Below, piece by piece: positions 12,486-25,719 of a stretch of 64,000 nucleotides of DNA. The first letter of the stretch is position 1; each line of letters begins with the position of its first letter. Source of the DNA: Eledone cirrhosa (Eukaryota); assembly GCA_964016885.1 (NCBI GenBank), contig OZ024742.1:311550001-311614000 (forward strand), read 5' to 3'. The notes beneath the pieces were generated by a model. That model searched no databases. It was not told the DNA's origin and was given only the letters and a program-made list of their open reading frames with translations. The position numbers and the translations under genes are program-made.

Positions 12486-13366
12486 AGAGACTATAGGGAC
12501 ACAGGAATGGCTGGAGCCCAGTGATTGCTGTGACATAATGGCTGTTGTGGCACAGTGACTGTTGTGACATACTGTGACACAGTATAGTACTCTGTTTCTG
12601 TTACTCCACTGTTTTTCTAATAATAGTTTAGGTACAAAGCCAGAAAAAAATGTTTTTGTTGAATGGTGTCAATTAAATAAATGGACCCCAGTGCTTTAAT
12701 GGTACTGTATTTTATCACCCATGGAAAGATGGAAGGCAAAATTGACTTCAGCAAGAGCAGGGATAAATTACTGTATGGCCTTTTGTCCAAAGATCTATCA
12801 ATTTTACCAATTAGTAGTACAATGGGCACTAACATACATCTTGTTGGGAGCCAAGAAATATTAATTTCAAATTTAGGCATAAGGCCAGCAAATTTTGGTG
12901 AAGGACAAAGTTGATTAAATCAACTCTAGTACTTTATTTTATCAATGCCAGAAGGATAAAAAACGAAAGTTGACCATGACGAGATTTGAATTCAGAAAAT
13001 CAAGAACCAGAACAAATACTACAAAGTATTTTGTCTCATGCTCTACCGATACTACCATTCCAGCACCTTGAAGCCAAGAAATTTTGATGAATTAAAATTA
13101 CACCTGTATACACTTATAGAATTAAATGGTGAATGAGTTTGATCTTTGTCAATGACGAGGGTTTAAATACCCCAACCAAACAACAATTATGGTTTCTTTT
13201 GATCTAGCTGATATTGAAGCTCACATACTTTAGGTGGGACTCAACAAATTTTAATTAAATAATTCTGAATTAATAGCAAGAAAAAAAGAATAAATAGCTT
13301 AATAATTAATTGTAGCCAAGAATGGCAAGGTGGACAATTCTGAAATTTATAGATATTGAAATTTAA

Positions 13367-13559
13367 CCCTTTAGCATTTACATTACTCTATATTTACTAT
13401 TGTATTTACTATCACATAATATCGAATCTATGAAATTTTGATATTATTTATTTTGGAAACAATACCTTAACATTAGTATGAGTGACCAGTTACAGCTGCT
13501 TTAAGCAGAAAGGGGTGAGACAATTCTGGTAGGATATGGCCGGTTTAAATGCTAAAGGG
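13367..13559. mobile_element. piggyBac-like MITE
   Basis: TTAA|CCCTTTAGCATTTA...TAAATGCTAAAGGG|TTAA. Confidence 0.85.
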
Positions 13560-13803
13560 TTAATGCAAGCTGGCAGTCTGATATTTGGCAAGTATGGTGA
13601 TAACATGTTTTACTATTACTAGACCTTTTCAGTGAAGCACATTTTTATTAGTACTTGCAAAACCATAGATGACTATAATGCAGAAGATGTCCCTGGATAA
13701 TTAATTATAGCCAAAAATGACAAGGGGAACAATTCTGAAATTCATAGTAATTGAAATTTAATGTAAAGAGTCAGTCTGATATTTGGCAAGTATGGTGATA
13801 ACT

Positions 13804-13919
13804 TTAATCTTTAGAATGATGAATTTTGTTATGAATTGCTTCCCTTGACACTGCATTATGTATTAAGGGGAGATTACAGTATTGGGGACATAAGGCACCT
13901 AGAGTGTGCTGAAGGTTAA
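13804..13919. mobile_element. Second TTAA-type MITE (degenerate); related sequence at ~14815-15013
   Basis: ttaatctttaga...tgctgaaggttaa; absent from the paralogous copy of the local duplication. Confidence 0.55.
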
Positions 13920-14093
13920 ACATGTTTTGCTATTATTAGACCTTTTCAGTGAAGCACATTTTTTAGTAGTACTTACAAAACCATAGATGATTGTAATGCA
14001 GAAGATGTCTCTGGGTAATTAGTGTTCCCCATCCCCACCTAACACCTGTTAGTTGTATATTAATCTAGTCTCCTTTCTCTTTTAAAACAACAG

Positions 14094-14381
14094 ATCGCTG
14101 GCGTTGATTACTGGATGAGAAAAATTTTGCCAAGTGGCAGCTATGCCATCGCTTTTGTGAATTACAACACCAATGGTATCCCTAAGAGGATTCATTTGAA
14201 ATTGAAAGAGCTAAACTTGAAAGAATCTGCTGGCTATAAATTTACTGAAGTGTTTGACGGCAAGATCCTTGGTGTTTATAAACCAGAATCCTATTTCAAT
14301 TGTACTGTTAATCCAACTGGTATCTATATGCTGACTGCTGTGTCCTTAGGAAATATCACTCCAGCATTTAAGGTCTTATAA
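14094..14381 (+). CDS. NAGA: GH27 NAGA/GLA-like, terminal exon (C-terminal beta-sandwich)
   Basis: pyrimidine tract + aacag|ATC GCT GGC GTT GAT TAC TGG ATG AGA...; WMRKILPSGSYAIAFVN...VNPTGIYML typical of the GH27 C-terminal domain; TAA at 14379-14381. Confidence 0.88.
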   Translation: MAGVDYWMRKILPSGSYAIAFVNYNTNGIPKRIHLKLKELNLKESAGYKFTEVFDGKILGVYKPESYFNCTVNPTGIYMLTAVSLGNITPAFKVL

Positions 14382-15725
14382 TCTTCCAAAGATTTTATTA
14401 TAACATTATAATTGTTTTTTTTTTTTTAAATATATTATTATGATGCCAACATTTAGGAGGGGGGTGGGGGTGTAAACAAAACACTAATAACATTTTTAAA
14501 ATACATAAACAAAACTACTACTACCACCCCCACTACTAGTACTAATAATAATAATGATTTCAACTATAGGCACAAGGCCAGCAATTTTGGGGGAGGGCAA
14601 AGTCAATTCGACCCCAGTATGTTACTGGTACTTTATTTTATCGATTCTGTAAGGATGAAAGGCAAAGCTGACCTCGGCGGGATCTTAATACTAATAATAA
14701 TGATAATACTTATAGTAACAATACCAATAATAATACAAATACTACTACTACTGCTAATATTAAGGATACTTTGTAAATAGAATTAGAAAATATGAGGTGT
14801 GTGTTTGATTTCCACACATACTAATAGCCATTTTTTCCCATTATGGGGTTCATATGCCCTAATATTTGGTTATTTTCTGTTTTCAATATATAGTGAAAGT
14901 TTCTAATTCTATTTTCAAAAATTTCAATCGGCACCATGACTAATTTTCCCTTAATACATAGTGCAGTGTCAAGGGGAAGCAATTCATAAAAATTCAGCGT
15001 GCTGAAAGTTAAGGTTAATGGTGTGAAAATGACCAATAAAGTTTTTTTATTCTTCATTTTATTAATTTTGGGAAATTTTAAATTATTTTTCAATGGTATC
15101 TTTTTCCACAAAACATTGTTCATCATATAAATGTTACAATTTATACAAGAGTTTTAAGAAAATTCTATATGTATTTGTGTAATTATTGATTTGTAAGTAA
15201 GATCTATGTTACCTATGACAGGAAATTAATACAATGATTGAGTTGTATTATTGAATGCTAACCAGAACGACCAGATTTACCCTTTGGTAAACCACAGATT
15301 ATAAATGGCATATATGTATATATATTGATAATTAGTGATGATTGATCCAAGCAACTGATCAACTATGGTGAAATCAGATGAAAGAACTCCATGTCATGGG
15401 TACCATAAGGTATTATATATATGGTGTCTGATGGAAAATCAGTTTTAAGAAAAGGAAGAGAAATGATATCACATATTCAACATCAGTTTATTTCATTACA
15501 TCATATCCATTATGTTCATTTCAAATGCATCAACATATCACTATGCTACAGTTATCTGATGCATTATCATCAGACAGGTATTTATTTACATTTAAACTTC
15601 TGTCTGAGGACAATGCATCGGATAACTGTTGCATATTGACTTTTTGATGCCTTTGAAATGTACATAATGAGTGTGATGTAATGAAATAAACTGATGTTGA
15701 ATATATGATAAAGTGTGGGTGTGTG

Positions 15726-15769
<44 letters not shown>

Positions 15770-15771
<2 letters not shown>

Positions 15772-16380
15772 ATGGACATGTGATGCGCATGAAAGTCGAT
15801 AGCTGTATAACAAAGTGCAGGGCAATAAAGATAGACGGTAGTCACGGAATAGGCAGACCTAGAAAAACCTGGGACGAGCTGATAAACTCCGACATCACAC
15901 ACTTACACCTCTCCAAGACAATGTCACTGGACCGAGACCTTTGGCGGTACTCAGTAACAGAGAAGACCCGCCTTACCTAAATATATAGTAAAACCTACTC
16001 CAGCCAGTAGGCATCTCTAACAAAATACACCCCGTCCCACCACCACCACCCCCACCCCATCCACACCACCCCGTTCTATGTAAAGTTATGTTGGTGCCGC
16101 GCCATCGAGGCCGAAACAAATGAGATCGTGTAGGTGTCACGACAAAAAACACACAGTCCACGCTGTAATGTGGCCGTGTAGGCAACACGGTAAAAACCTC
16201 CCAGACCCACACTGTAAATGTGGTTGGTGTTAGGAAGGGCATCCAACTGTAGAAAACCTGCCAGACAGTCCTATGCGAGCAAGACAATCACTCTTGCCTC
16301 AAGTGGGACTACCCCCGTCCAAACCCATGCAAGCGTGGAACACGGACGTTAAACGTTGATGATGATGATGATGATGATGA
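15770..16380 (+). mobile_element. RTE 3' fragment
   Basis: YGHVMRMKVDSCITKCR...GRPRKTWDE, 3' UTR and (GAT)n tail like the 40910-44113 element. Confidence 0.85.
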
Positions 16381-17141
16381 TATATATATATACACTCATA
16401 CACAGTTTTACATAATGTTACACAACTTAGCAGTTAATGTCTACACAATTTGTATGGTTATTGTTGTTGTTTAACCTCAAGTCAGTCCTGATTCAACAGA
16501 TATATTATCTAAGACATTCCAGCCATGACCATCCAGTCTTTTATGTTAAAAGAAAGCCATAAACACATTGTGCAAGATGGTATGGTGTGATTTGTGCCTG
16601 TTATTTCTAACAGATCAAGTCATGAAATAAGGCTCATTCGTTAGATCCTACTTATATGGTCATATTCATTGTTAACAGAAGACTCCATCCTTGTGAGGAA
16701 TCTAATATGAGAAAAAAGTGAAGAACGATAAATAAAAGCGGTTGAGAAAATCATGATACATGGAGGTTCTTGTCATCAGGTGATGTCTGTGAAGGTGCTT
16801 GGTTATTCTAGCATCTTAGCCTTACTATAGCTGCTAACAATGCAGTCTTATCATTGTTAGTAGCTCATCTTACTGGTGTATCAGGTGATGCTTATGATTG
16901 TGCTTGGTTATTCCAGCAACTTAGACTCACAATCACTTGCAGAAGTGCTGAGAGTGTGTTGGCTAGCCTAAAAAATTATTAAAGGGAAACTCCAGTGCCT
17001 CTTGTTATGGTATGGGATTGTGTGTGCAGGTTTCTCCCAATTTTATTATAAAATTGTATATAAATTATGTTTATTTGTATGCATTCTATTATCCCTTTAG
17101 CATTTAAATCAGCCATCTATGTATCTAACTATCTAGGGCGG

Positions 17142-17835
17142 CTAAAATTCCCGAGATCCATGGACGAGTTCTCTCCAGCGGTCTGTGTCCCTCATTATCG
17201 CTGCCATGTCCTGCGTCTCCAACAGACCAGTGTCTGTCCTTAGGGCATCAACATATGTTAACTTCAGTCTTCCTCTTCCAGTGTGTCCATGCAGGGGCTC
17301 CCACAGGAGCACTGAGTGCAGTGTCAACTTTGGATGTCAGTGAGCATGTCCAGCTAACCTCAGTCTCCTCTGTCTCACTTTTGAGCTGACTTTTGGGAGG
17401 CTCCCGTACAGCTCTGAGTTTTTCATCCTCAGTCTATACACCAAAGCCCAAGTCATTACACCTGATGGGATAACAGAGTTCTTTGAGATATTGGCTGGAG
17501 TGCTCCAGGGAGATACATTGGCTCCCTACCTTTTTATCATTGTAGTGGACTATTGTATGCGACTTGTGCTGGAGAAACACAAGGACTCTGGCTTTACTGT
17601 AACACCGGTTCAGAGCAGGAGAGTTAAGGTAGAAAAGATATCGGATGCTGAATTTGCCGACGACATAGTTCTGGGGACAAACACAGTAAAGGAGGCAGAG
17701 GATTTGATGCAGGAAGTGGAGACTGTGTCGATGGGTGTGGGGCTGAGAATGAATGAGATTAAAACAAAATATCTGGTAGAGAATATTAAGAAGCCAGAGA
17801 AGATTACTAATGTAGGCGGGAAGCCACTAGAATTA
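17142..17835. mobile_element. RTE-type fragment with internal inversion, inside a piggyBac-like MITE (17093-17958)
   Basis: + strand GVLQGDTLAPYLFII...FADD (17431-17835) abuts a - strand C-terminal RLRLAGH...GRGRLKLTYVD piece; MITE ends ccctttagcattta / taaatgctaaagtgttaa. Confidence 0.75.
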
Positions 17836-19849
17836 CTGCGTAGCGCCAAAGATCTCGGTCCAGTGACATTGTCTTGGAGAGGTGTAAGTGTGTAAGGTCA
17901 GAATTTATCAAATCATCCCAGGTTTTTCTGGGTCTGCCTAGTAAATGCTAAAGTGTTAAAAAGCAAACGTTTTCCTAAAGTGTGTGAATAACAGAATTAT
18001 ATGAACCTTTCAAAGATACTATAAGGATATATAGAATATATTGTTACTAATTCCAACAGCTGAATTATTATTGTGGAAGTGTGAGAAGTGGCTCTCTTTA
18101 CTAACATTTTTCATTTTTCATTAATATATAAATATTGATGAAACAAAAGCAAAAAGCCAAATCTACATAATAACAATATCATAACAAAAATGCTTTCTAA
18201 TTTAGACATAAGGCCAGCAATTTTATGGGAGAGAAAATTGATTACATTGATCCCAGTAATTCACTGGAACTTAATTTTATTGATCAAAGAAGGATAAAAG
18301 GCAAAGTTGACCTCAATGGGATTAGAATGTAAAGAGCTAGAACAAATGTCACAAGATGTTTTGCCAGATTTACTGAGTCTGCTAGTACATTCCTCTAATG
18401 ACAACAAGAATAACGAAAGAAAAAAAACCTCTACAAAAGAAAACCAATAACAGCAATAACAACAATAAAAGTTATTTACTGTTTCTGTTGTTTCTATGAC
18501 TTTAAATTTTGTACTTTCACTTTACTGTATTAAACCAAGCGCCTTTCTCATAGTTTTCTTGTTTGCTTTTTATTTTCTTGTCCTATCTGCAGTTAAGTTT
18601 AGGGCTTAGTAATTGAGTTTAGGGATTAGGTTGAATCAAGTCGAAGGTATTCTGGGCTAAAGTCTTTTACATTAGCCTCAGGCTGAACCTATCCAATGGT
18701 ATCTTGGGTAAATGTCTTATATGTTAGCCTCAGGCTCAACCTATCTAACGGTGTGTTGGACAAATTGAGTAAATGGAAACAATAGAAGTTCATCTGATTT
18801 ATTCATCATTTCATCATCATTTCATTTTATGTCCGCTTTTCCCTGCTTGCAAGGGTGGGACTGGAACTGATGCTGGCTTGATTTCTACAGCTGGATGCCC
18901 TTCCTAACACCAACCTCATTTACAGTGATTGCTGGGTGCTTTTTTGCCGTGGCACCTACACGACCATTTTGCAGTGGAATGATATGGATCCCAGTCCCTA
19001 TCATCTCATTTCTACAGCTGAGTAAACTGGAGCAATGTGAAATAAAGTGTCTTGCTCAAGGAAACAACACATCACCCGGTCTGAGAATTGAACTCACACC
19101 CTTTCGATTGCAAAACCAATGCTCTAACCACTAAGCCATATGCCTCCATTTATTGTACATGTAATTCAAAGCCTTAACAGTTGCCTCAGTTTGGTTTGCA
19201 ACAATACTGCTCTCTGCATCCAGCATGGTTGACTATGCAGAGTGCAGTTTGGTATGTAACTGTGCTGCACTCAGTATCAAGCATGGCTGGCTTTGTATGG
19301 TGTAACATGGCAGTTAGAATAAGTTACATCTGTGTCTCTATATTTGAAAGACTAAATTTCCAAACTATTTTCAATGATAGTTTACTTTACATCCAACTGC
19401 TTAATTCAGAGCTTTCTCTAAGATTTTTGCAAGGGTGTTCAGATTGGTCACAGTGTTAGAGTTAGTGATACTTTGATGGGAATAGGAATTGTATCCATTC
19501 AATAATATAGCTAGAAAGAGAGATTTGAAAGTTCAAAGGTACTTCATCTTCCAATCACAGAATTGATTGTTACATCCGTTCTAAACAGATACAGCTGATT
19601 TCCACAAAACAATCATGTCACCCATATTGTTTCAGCACCAACCTCATAGCTGTATTTGTATGGTCTCAAAAGCTTTTTCAAGATCATAACGGAGATCCTG
19701 CGACCTTGATGGCCATATGTGGTGAGATGGCTACACCATGACACATTCCATGACATCTTCAGATAGCACAAGACAATCAATATATAATCCATATCCAAAA
19801 CGTTGCAATGTAGTGATATGGAGATAGACCTAAATTTCTATGTCGTTAT

Positions 19850-21115
19850 TTCAATCGGCTGTCTTCATGTGAAATTAAGAATCACGTTAGGTTTACCATC
19901 TGCATTGGATCCCTCCAATGCAGCATTGTTGGTGATGTAGCTAACCTCTTTATGGGACAGAAGACTTAAGGAATGCTTAGATGAGAACTCTATAACCCTG
20001 ACTATGTACCCCTGCCATGTAGATGACATCAATATCGAAGTTAAAACACCCCAACAGGAGAAGTCAGGAATTAGAAAGGAACACTATGGAAAGCATCCAG
20101 CAAATATCTAACTCCATCCATTAGAGTATTAAGGTTATTGTAGATGAACCAACCAAACACCCCAACTATAGATTACCTGTACTAGACACAGAACTCTGGT
20201 TAGAAACCATTAGTAATAAAACAGATCTTCCATTTGCATTATGCCAAACTCATGGCCTCCACATTCCTGATCCACCGAAACTCAGCCATTTCAGATAACA
20301 TGAAAGTCAACATATTACTTGAAGACTTAGTAAGAGTGATGAAGAATGTGTTCTGCATGTTTGATCCTAAAGAATTAAAGAGACATATACAACACTTTAT
20401 CCACTGCATGCAGTTCTCTGGCTACAATCAAAGATACATGATCAGTATGTACAAAGGAGCCAGGGCTAAATGGATGAAGATTGTAAAATATGATGTGAAT
20501 GGGACTTGTCGCATGTATAGGAACAAATATTAGAATAAGATAGAGAGAACTAAGAAGACAAGATTAACTCATAGTATGACAGCAGTAAATACCAGTGTAA
20601 TGTTTGTCAATGCAACCCCCAGGGGAAAACTAGCTTACAGATTTAGAAGGGTCCTAGACAAAGTAAAATTAAATATTAAGATAGAAAAAACAAGCATTCC
20701 TATAAAAACCCTAACTAGTAAAACACTCTTTTGAAAAACCTCCTGCACTGATATAAAATCTATAGTCTGCAAATCAAATTAAGTCCACTAATTAACTGTA
20801 AAACTAAGAATGTAGTATATAGTATAAGATTTATTGAAGGACTGTAGGAATAGGAACATGACACACATAGGTGAGACGATTCGTAACATAGGAGAAAGGA
20901 TAAAAGAACACCGGCGAGAATTCCAAGGTGGAAAAAACTCATCAGTACTCCACCAACAAGCCAGAATGGAACATGGAGGCACACTAGAGAACATTCAGAT
21001 AAAAATTGTATCCACACACAGAACAACCACAATGCTCCAACAGATTACAGAAGTGACAAACATAAACAAACTCTAGCCAAAACTAAATAGAAAACATGAG
21101 TAGAATAGCAATAAC
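19850..21115 (+). pseudogene. Degenerate Penelope-like element
   Basis: Remnant VDDI and LPVLD motifs, MQFSGY, and GIY-YIG HIGETIRNIGERIKEH; many stops. Confidence 0.75.
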
Positions 21116-21944
21116 CTCACACCTAGTAACTAAGGACAAGATAAAGACATACAGAGGCACACAAGAACTAAACTAATAAAACAAACCAGACACACAGATA
21201 GAACAAGTAACCAGCTAGCGACAAGTAAATAAATGTATTCATTTTTCATTCATTTCATTTTACGTCCGCTTTTTCCTGCTTGCAAGGGTGGGACGAAAAC
21301 TGATTCTGGCTTGATTTCTACAGCTGGATGCCCTTCCTAACACCAACCTCATTTACAGTGAGTGTTGGGTGCTTTTTTTTCTGTGGCGCGAACACGTCCA
21401 CTTTACAGTGTGGGCTGGGTGCTTTTGTGCCGTGGCACCTCCACGACCACTTTGTAGTGGAATGAAAAGGACCCCAGTCCCTATCATCTCATTTCTACAG
21501 CTGAGTGAACTGGAGCAATGTGAAATAAAGTGTCTTGTTCAAGGAAACAACACATCACCCGGTCTGAGAATTGAACTCACAACCTTTCGATTGCAAGCCC
21601 AATGCTCTAACCACTAAGCCATGTGCCTTCATATAAATAAATATATTAAAATAGGTAAATAAATAAATAAACACATACACAAATCCGGGTATAATGCATT
21701 GTCAGCCCAAATACACAGCTCACAAAAAACAAGATGTACGACAGAACAAAAGAGAAACTCAAAATAACTATAAAAGTAGTCACTGAGGAGGTCTCAGAAT
21801 ATGTAATGAAAGAGCTTTGACAATCAACAACAACTAAACAACCATCCAACTGGGTGTTAATAATAAATTGACACGAAAATCCAACAGGCGCGTGTGTTTT
21901 TATTGGCAGCATGACCCTTATATATATATGCATATATTTTATAT

Positions 21945-22965
21945 ATATCATCATCACCGTTTTATGCCCGTTCTTCCATGCTAGCATGAGTTAGCCGGGT
22001 TGTCCTGTTGTGGGCAGTGTCCGGTCGTCTGACCTTGTCTTGCTCATATGGGAACTGATTCTGGCTTGATTTCTACAGCTGGATGCCCTTCCTAAAACCA
22101 ACCTCATTTACAGTGAGTGCTGGGTGCTTTTTTTTCCGTGGCACCTTCACGACCACTTTGCAGTTGGGTGGGTGGGGTGGGGGCATACGTACACTATTAC
22201 TACATATTGAGCAAGGCCATTTCCCTGAGGAAATCTGGGTTCTGTTTTCTTGTTTACTTATGAGGACCTTAGTCTTTGTCAGGTTGACTTTGATACCCTT
22301 TCTTTCTAGTCCTTGCTTCCATGTTTGGAATTTCTTTTCTAGTTCCACCATAGATTCAGCTATAAGTGTGAGATCATCTGCATACAGGAGTTTCCATGGG
22401 CATCCGGTCTTAAACTCCTCTATTATTGTCTGCAATACTATAATGAGCAGGGGAGGGCTAATAACAGAGCCCTGGGGGACACCAACCTGTAATATGCATA
22501 TTATATATATATGCATCCATGCTAGCATGGAAGATAGATGTTAAACGATGATGATGATGATATACATATATATAAGGATGGGTTGGAAGAAGTTTAGGGA
22601 GCTGCTTCCTTTGTTGACAAAGAAGGGTTTCTCCCTGCATTCAAAAAGGACGGTTATATGATGCCTGTGTGAGATGCACGATGCTGCATGGTAGTGAGAC
22701 ATGAGCGGCAACTGCAGATGATATGTGACAGCTGGAGAGAAATGAAGCAAGTATGCTCCGTTGGATGTGCAATATCAATGTGTGTGAACGACCAAGCATG
22801 GACGAGTTGAGAAAGAAACTGGGTATAAGAGGGATAAGTTGTGGTATGCAGGGCCGTGACAAGTGGAGAAATGCTGTGCTGAATAGGACCCGTCCAACCC
22901 TTGCAAGCAGGGAAAAACGGACATAAAATGATGATGATGATGTCAACATGAATGGACCTGTTATT
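21945..22965. mobile_element. Cluster of internally deleted RTE fragments in both orientations
   Basis: - strand QVGVPQGSVISP...YADD joined directly to the 3' UTR; + strand GWKKFRELLPLL fragment with (GAT)n tail. Confidence 0.78.
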
Positions 22966-23033
22966 TTTATCTAAAGACATTTTTTCCAATTCCATCCCGC
23001 CTGTCCCCTCAATCTATCTTATTTCTCATTCTT

Positions 23034-23069
23034 TCTTCTGATGAAGGACTAGCATCCGAAACGTTAAGA
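23034..23069 (+). ncRNA. Minimal type I hammerhead ribozyme (Penelope type)
   Basis: TCTT-CTGATGA-A-GGA(ctagca)TCC-GAA-ACGT-T-AAGA: stem I TCTT/AAGA, intact core, palindromic ACGT stem III. Confidence 0.72.
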
Positions 23070-23174
23070 CCCTCTTCCAGCTATAACCTAATATATCCCT
23101 ACCATATGCTGTACCGATTGTGTTGTTATTTCTGTTTACCTTTTACATACATATACATATATATATGTATATAT

Positions 23175-23219
<45 letters not shown>

Positions 23220-23475
23220 AATTTGAGGAAAGAAAATTACCTATTTTTTCTTCAAAGTCCCTACTATAATTTCATCAACTTGTTTGCAGCGCTAGTGCAA
23301 CAGAAAAGTGCACCAACACTGTGAGACCGCCGAATCTTCAAGAAGACTCCTCATTTTGTGGACTGTATCCTGATCTGACCGTTAGAAAGTGAATATTCCT
23401 CTGGGTGAAGAAATCGTCACGTGGGATAGGTCACAGAAGGGAGACAAATACCGTGTGTGCATCTCATTATATATA

Positions 23476-23953
23476 CTAGCAGAAAAACCACCCTAGGGTG
23501 ATTTTCTGCTAGCATGTGTAGTGTGTATATTGATATTATACATGTAGATATGATACATCAAATAAAATCGTAATTGACAATATACACAGAAATTGAAGTT
23601 TATGTTACACTGTCTTCTGTAATCAGTAAAGTAATCCATGATACATTTAAAAAAAAGATGATATATATAAACTGCATTAGGAGAAAATTAGCGACGGAAA
23701 TATATGCGATATTTTTATAAGTGTTATAATATAACGGCCGCTAACCGGAAGTGTTGACATTTGAAAATTTTAAAGAAGTGAATCTTTAAATAAGCTCTAA
23801 AATATATTTAATGAACAGCCACGAAATTTAACACATAAATTATGTAATATTCATTCATTATTTATTCAAAGTAATCCAACTTATTTTACAAACGGGGTAA
23901 AAAAAATATATTCTGGACGCAGTCCCGCACTCCTTTCTTTATTATAGTTAAGA
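23476..23953 (-). mobile_element. Non-autonomous Helitron-like element
   Basis: Minus strand reads A|TC...CTAG|T with a subterminal hairpin (GCAGAAAATCACCC/GGGTGGTTTTTCTGC); homologous to 10471-10903 and 62190-62680. Confidence 0.75.
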
Positions 23954-24131
23954 TATATATAATCCAAATTTAAAATAAATATGTATATAGCCATGTATCA
24001 TTAGCGAAACACATATATAATTTTCACACCTTAAAGAACATACTGTTTCCTAATTATTATATATATATGTATCTCTAATGATACATGGCTATATACATAT
24101 TTATTTTAAATTTGGATTATATATATCTTAA

Positions 24132-24207
<76 letters not shown>

Positions 24208-24832
24208 TCTACTTTAGGTACAAGGCCAGCAATTATCCAGTTCATTACTGGTACTTTATTTTATCGACCCCGTAAGGATGAAAGGCATGAGAGAGAGAAA
24301 GATGTGCGTGTGCTTAAAGTCACTCGCTTTTGTTAAAAAATAATAATGTAGAATTGTCTCTCCTTACTTTTTGTTTGTGTAATAAAATAAAAAGGAGTTC
24401 ATTTTTTTTACAAATATCTACAACATGGAAAGAAAGCGATATTTCCACAAAACATTAATAATAAATATTGAGATGAAGAATACCCAAAGAATAAAGAATA
24501 AACGAGCGTTTCTACCAGGGGAAACAACTCATTGTTGTTACAGTGTTCTTGCGAAAACTGTTGAAATAATCGTGTCTGGATTAATTTTGATCAGAAGCCT
24601 GCGAAATAGAGTTAAACAACAACACTTAGAATTACAATATGGCACGTTAGAAAGTAAACATCGTTATGATTTCCAACAAGTAAAAATATTTCAAACATGT
24701 TTTGGGTGCAGGATATGGTCATATCTATGGAATAAAATTCTGCAAAAGGGAAAGGAAGCTGGTAAATATTTTACATCCGTAATAAAGGTTATTAGATAAC
24801 ATTTTACTCTGAATTCTTTCTTTCTTAATCTT

Positions 24833-25215
24833 CCATCTCTTTAGTAATGTCGCTACTGTTTATGAGAGAAAATAGTTTTTAAAAAGGTACTCAATGCATG
24901 TGTGAAAGTGACGTCCGAACGAGTATCCTCCACTACCAACTAACTTACCCTCCGACAGGATGGCGAACGCATTGCTCTGGAGGACGGTGAGGGAGATGCA
25001 CTGGGGAGTGGCTGTTCCCGTGCGTCTCCATCGCCGTCCTCCGGGGTAATGCATTCGCCATCCTGTCGGTTGGGCCCGAGAGGTGGAGGGTAAGTTAGTT
25101 GGTAGTGGAGGATACTCGTTCGGACGCTACTTTCACACATATATTGAGTGCCTTAAAAAACAAACAAAAAAACTGTTGTCTCTCATAAACAGTAACCGCA
25201 TTACTAAACAAATGG
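24833..25215. repeat. Long imperfect fold-back palindrome
   Basis: Arms pair along the whole length, e.g. gtccgaacgagtatcctccactaccaactaacttaccctcc / ggagggtaagttagttggtagtggaggatactcgttcggac. Confidence 0.92.
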
Positions 25216-25719
25216 TTCTAAATATTTAACTTTTCGATAACCACCCTAGATTTATGATACAAAATTTCCCATTTTTAAATGTTTATTTTTATATTTAATC
25301 CTTCCATCATAATTTTTTAAAAGAAATGTTTGTTAAGTATTTTCTAAATACCAGCTTACCAATGAAAAAGTTATTTTATTAAATTCCTCCAAATATTTGA
25401 TTATTTAAAAAATTAATTGACAGGCAGTGTATTTTATTAGAAATACACTAACGAAAATGATAATGGTTCGATCTAAAGGAAGATAATGTGCCTATGACAA
25501 AGACAGACCAATGGAACAGGTTAAACGGTCACTTGCTTTTGTGTATATGTGTGTGTGTATGTGGGGAGAGGGGGGGTGTACTTACTTCAAATTCTGTTTC
25601 TTCTATTCTGTACTGATACTTGAAAGTACTTTAGGTACGCTGATTTCTAAAATGTTTAATGAGCAGTTTGAAATGCGATCTATATGTCACGTCGAACCTA
25701 AGTCTATTATTAGCTATTA

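Noticed and set aside
18895-19134. Recurrent MPFLTPTSF... ORFs suggesting a small gene family
   Set aside because: Antisense translations of the CORE-type SINE and RTE 3' UTR
24425-24799. 124-aa ORF next to the hairpin
   Set aside because: AT-rich, no recognisable domain, no convincing splice context
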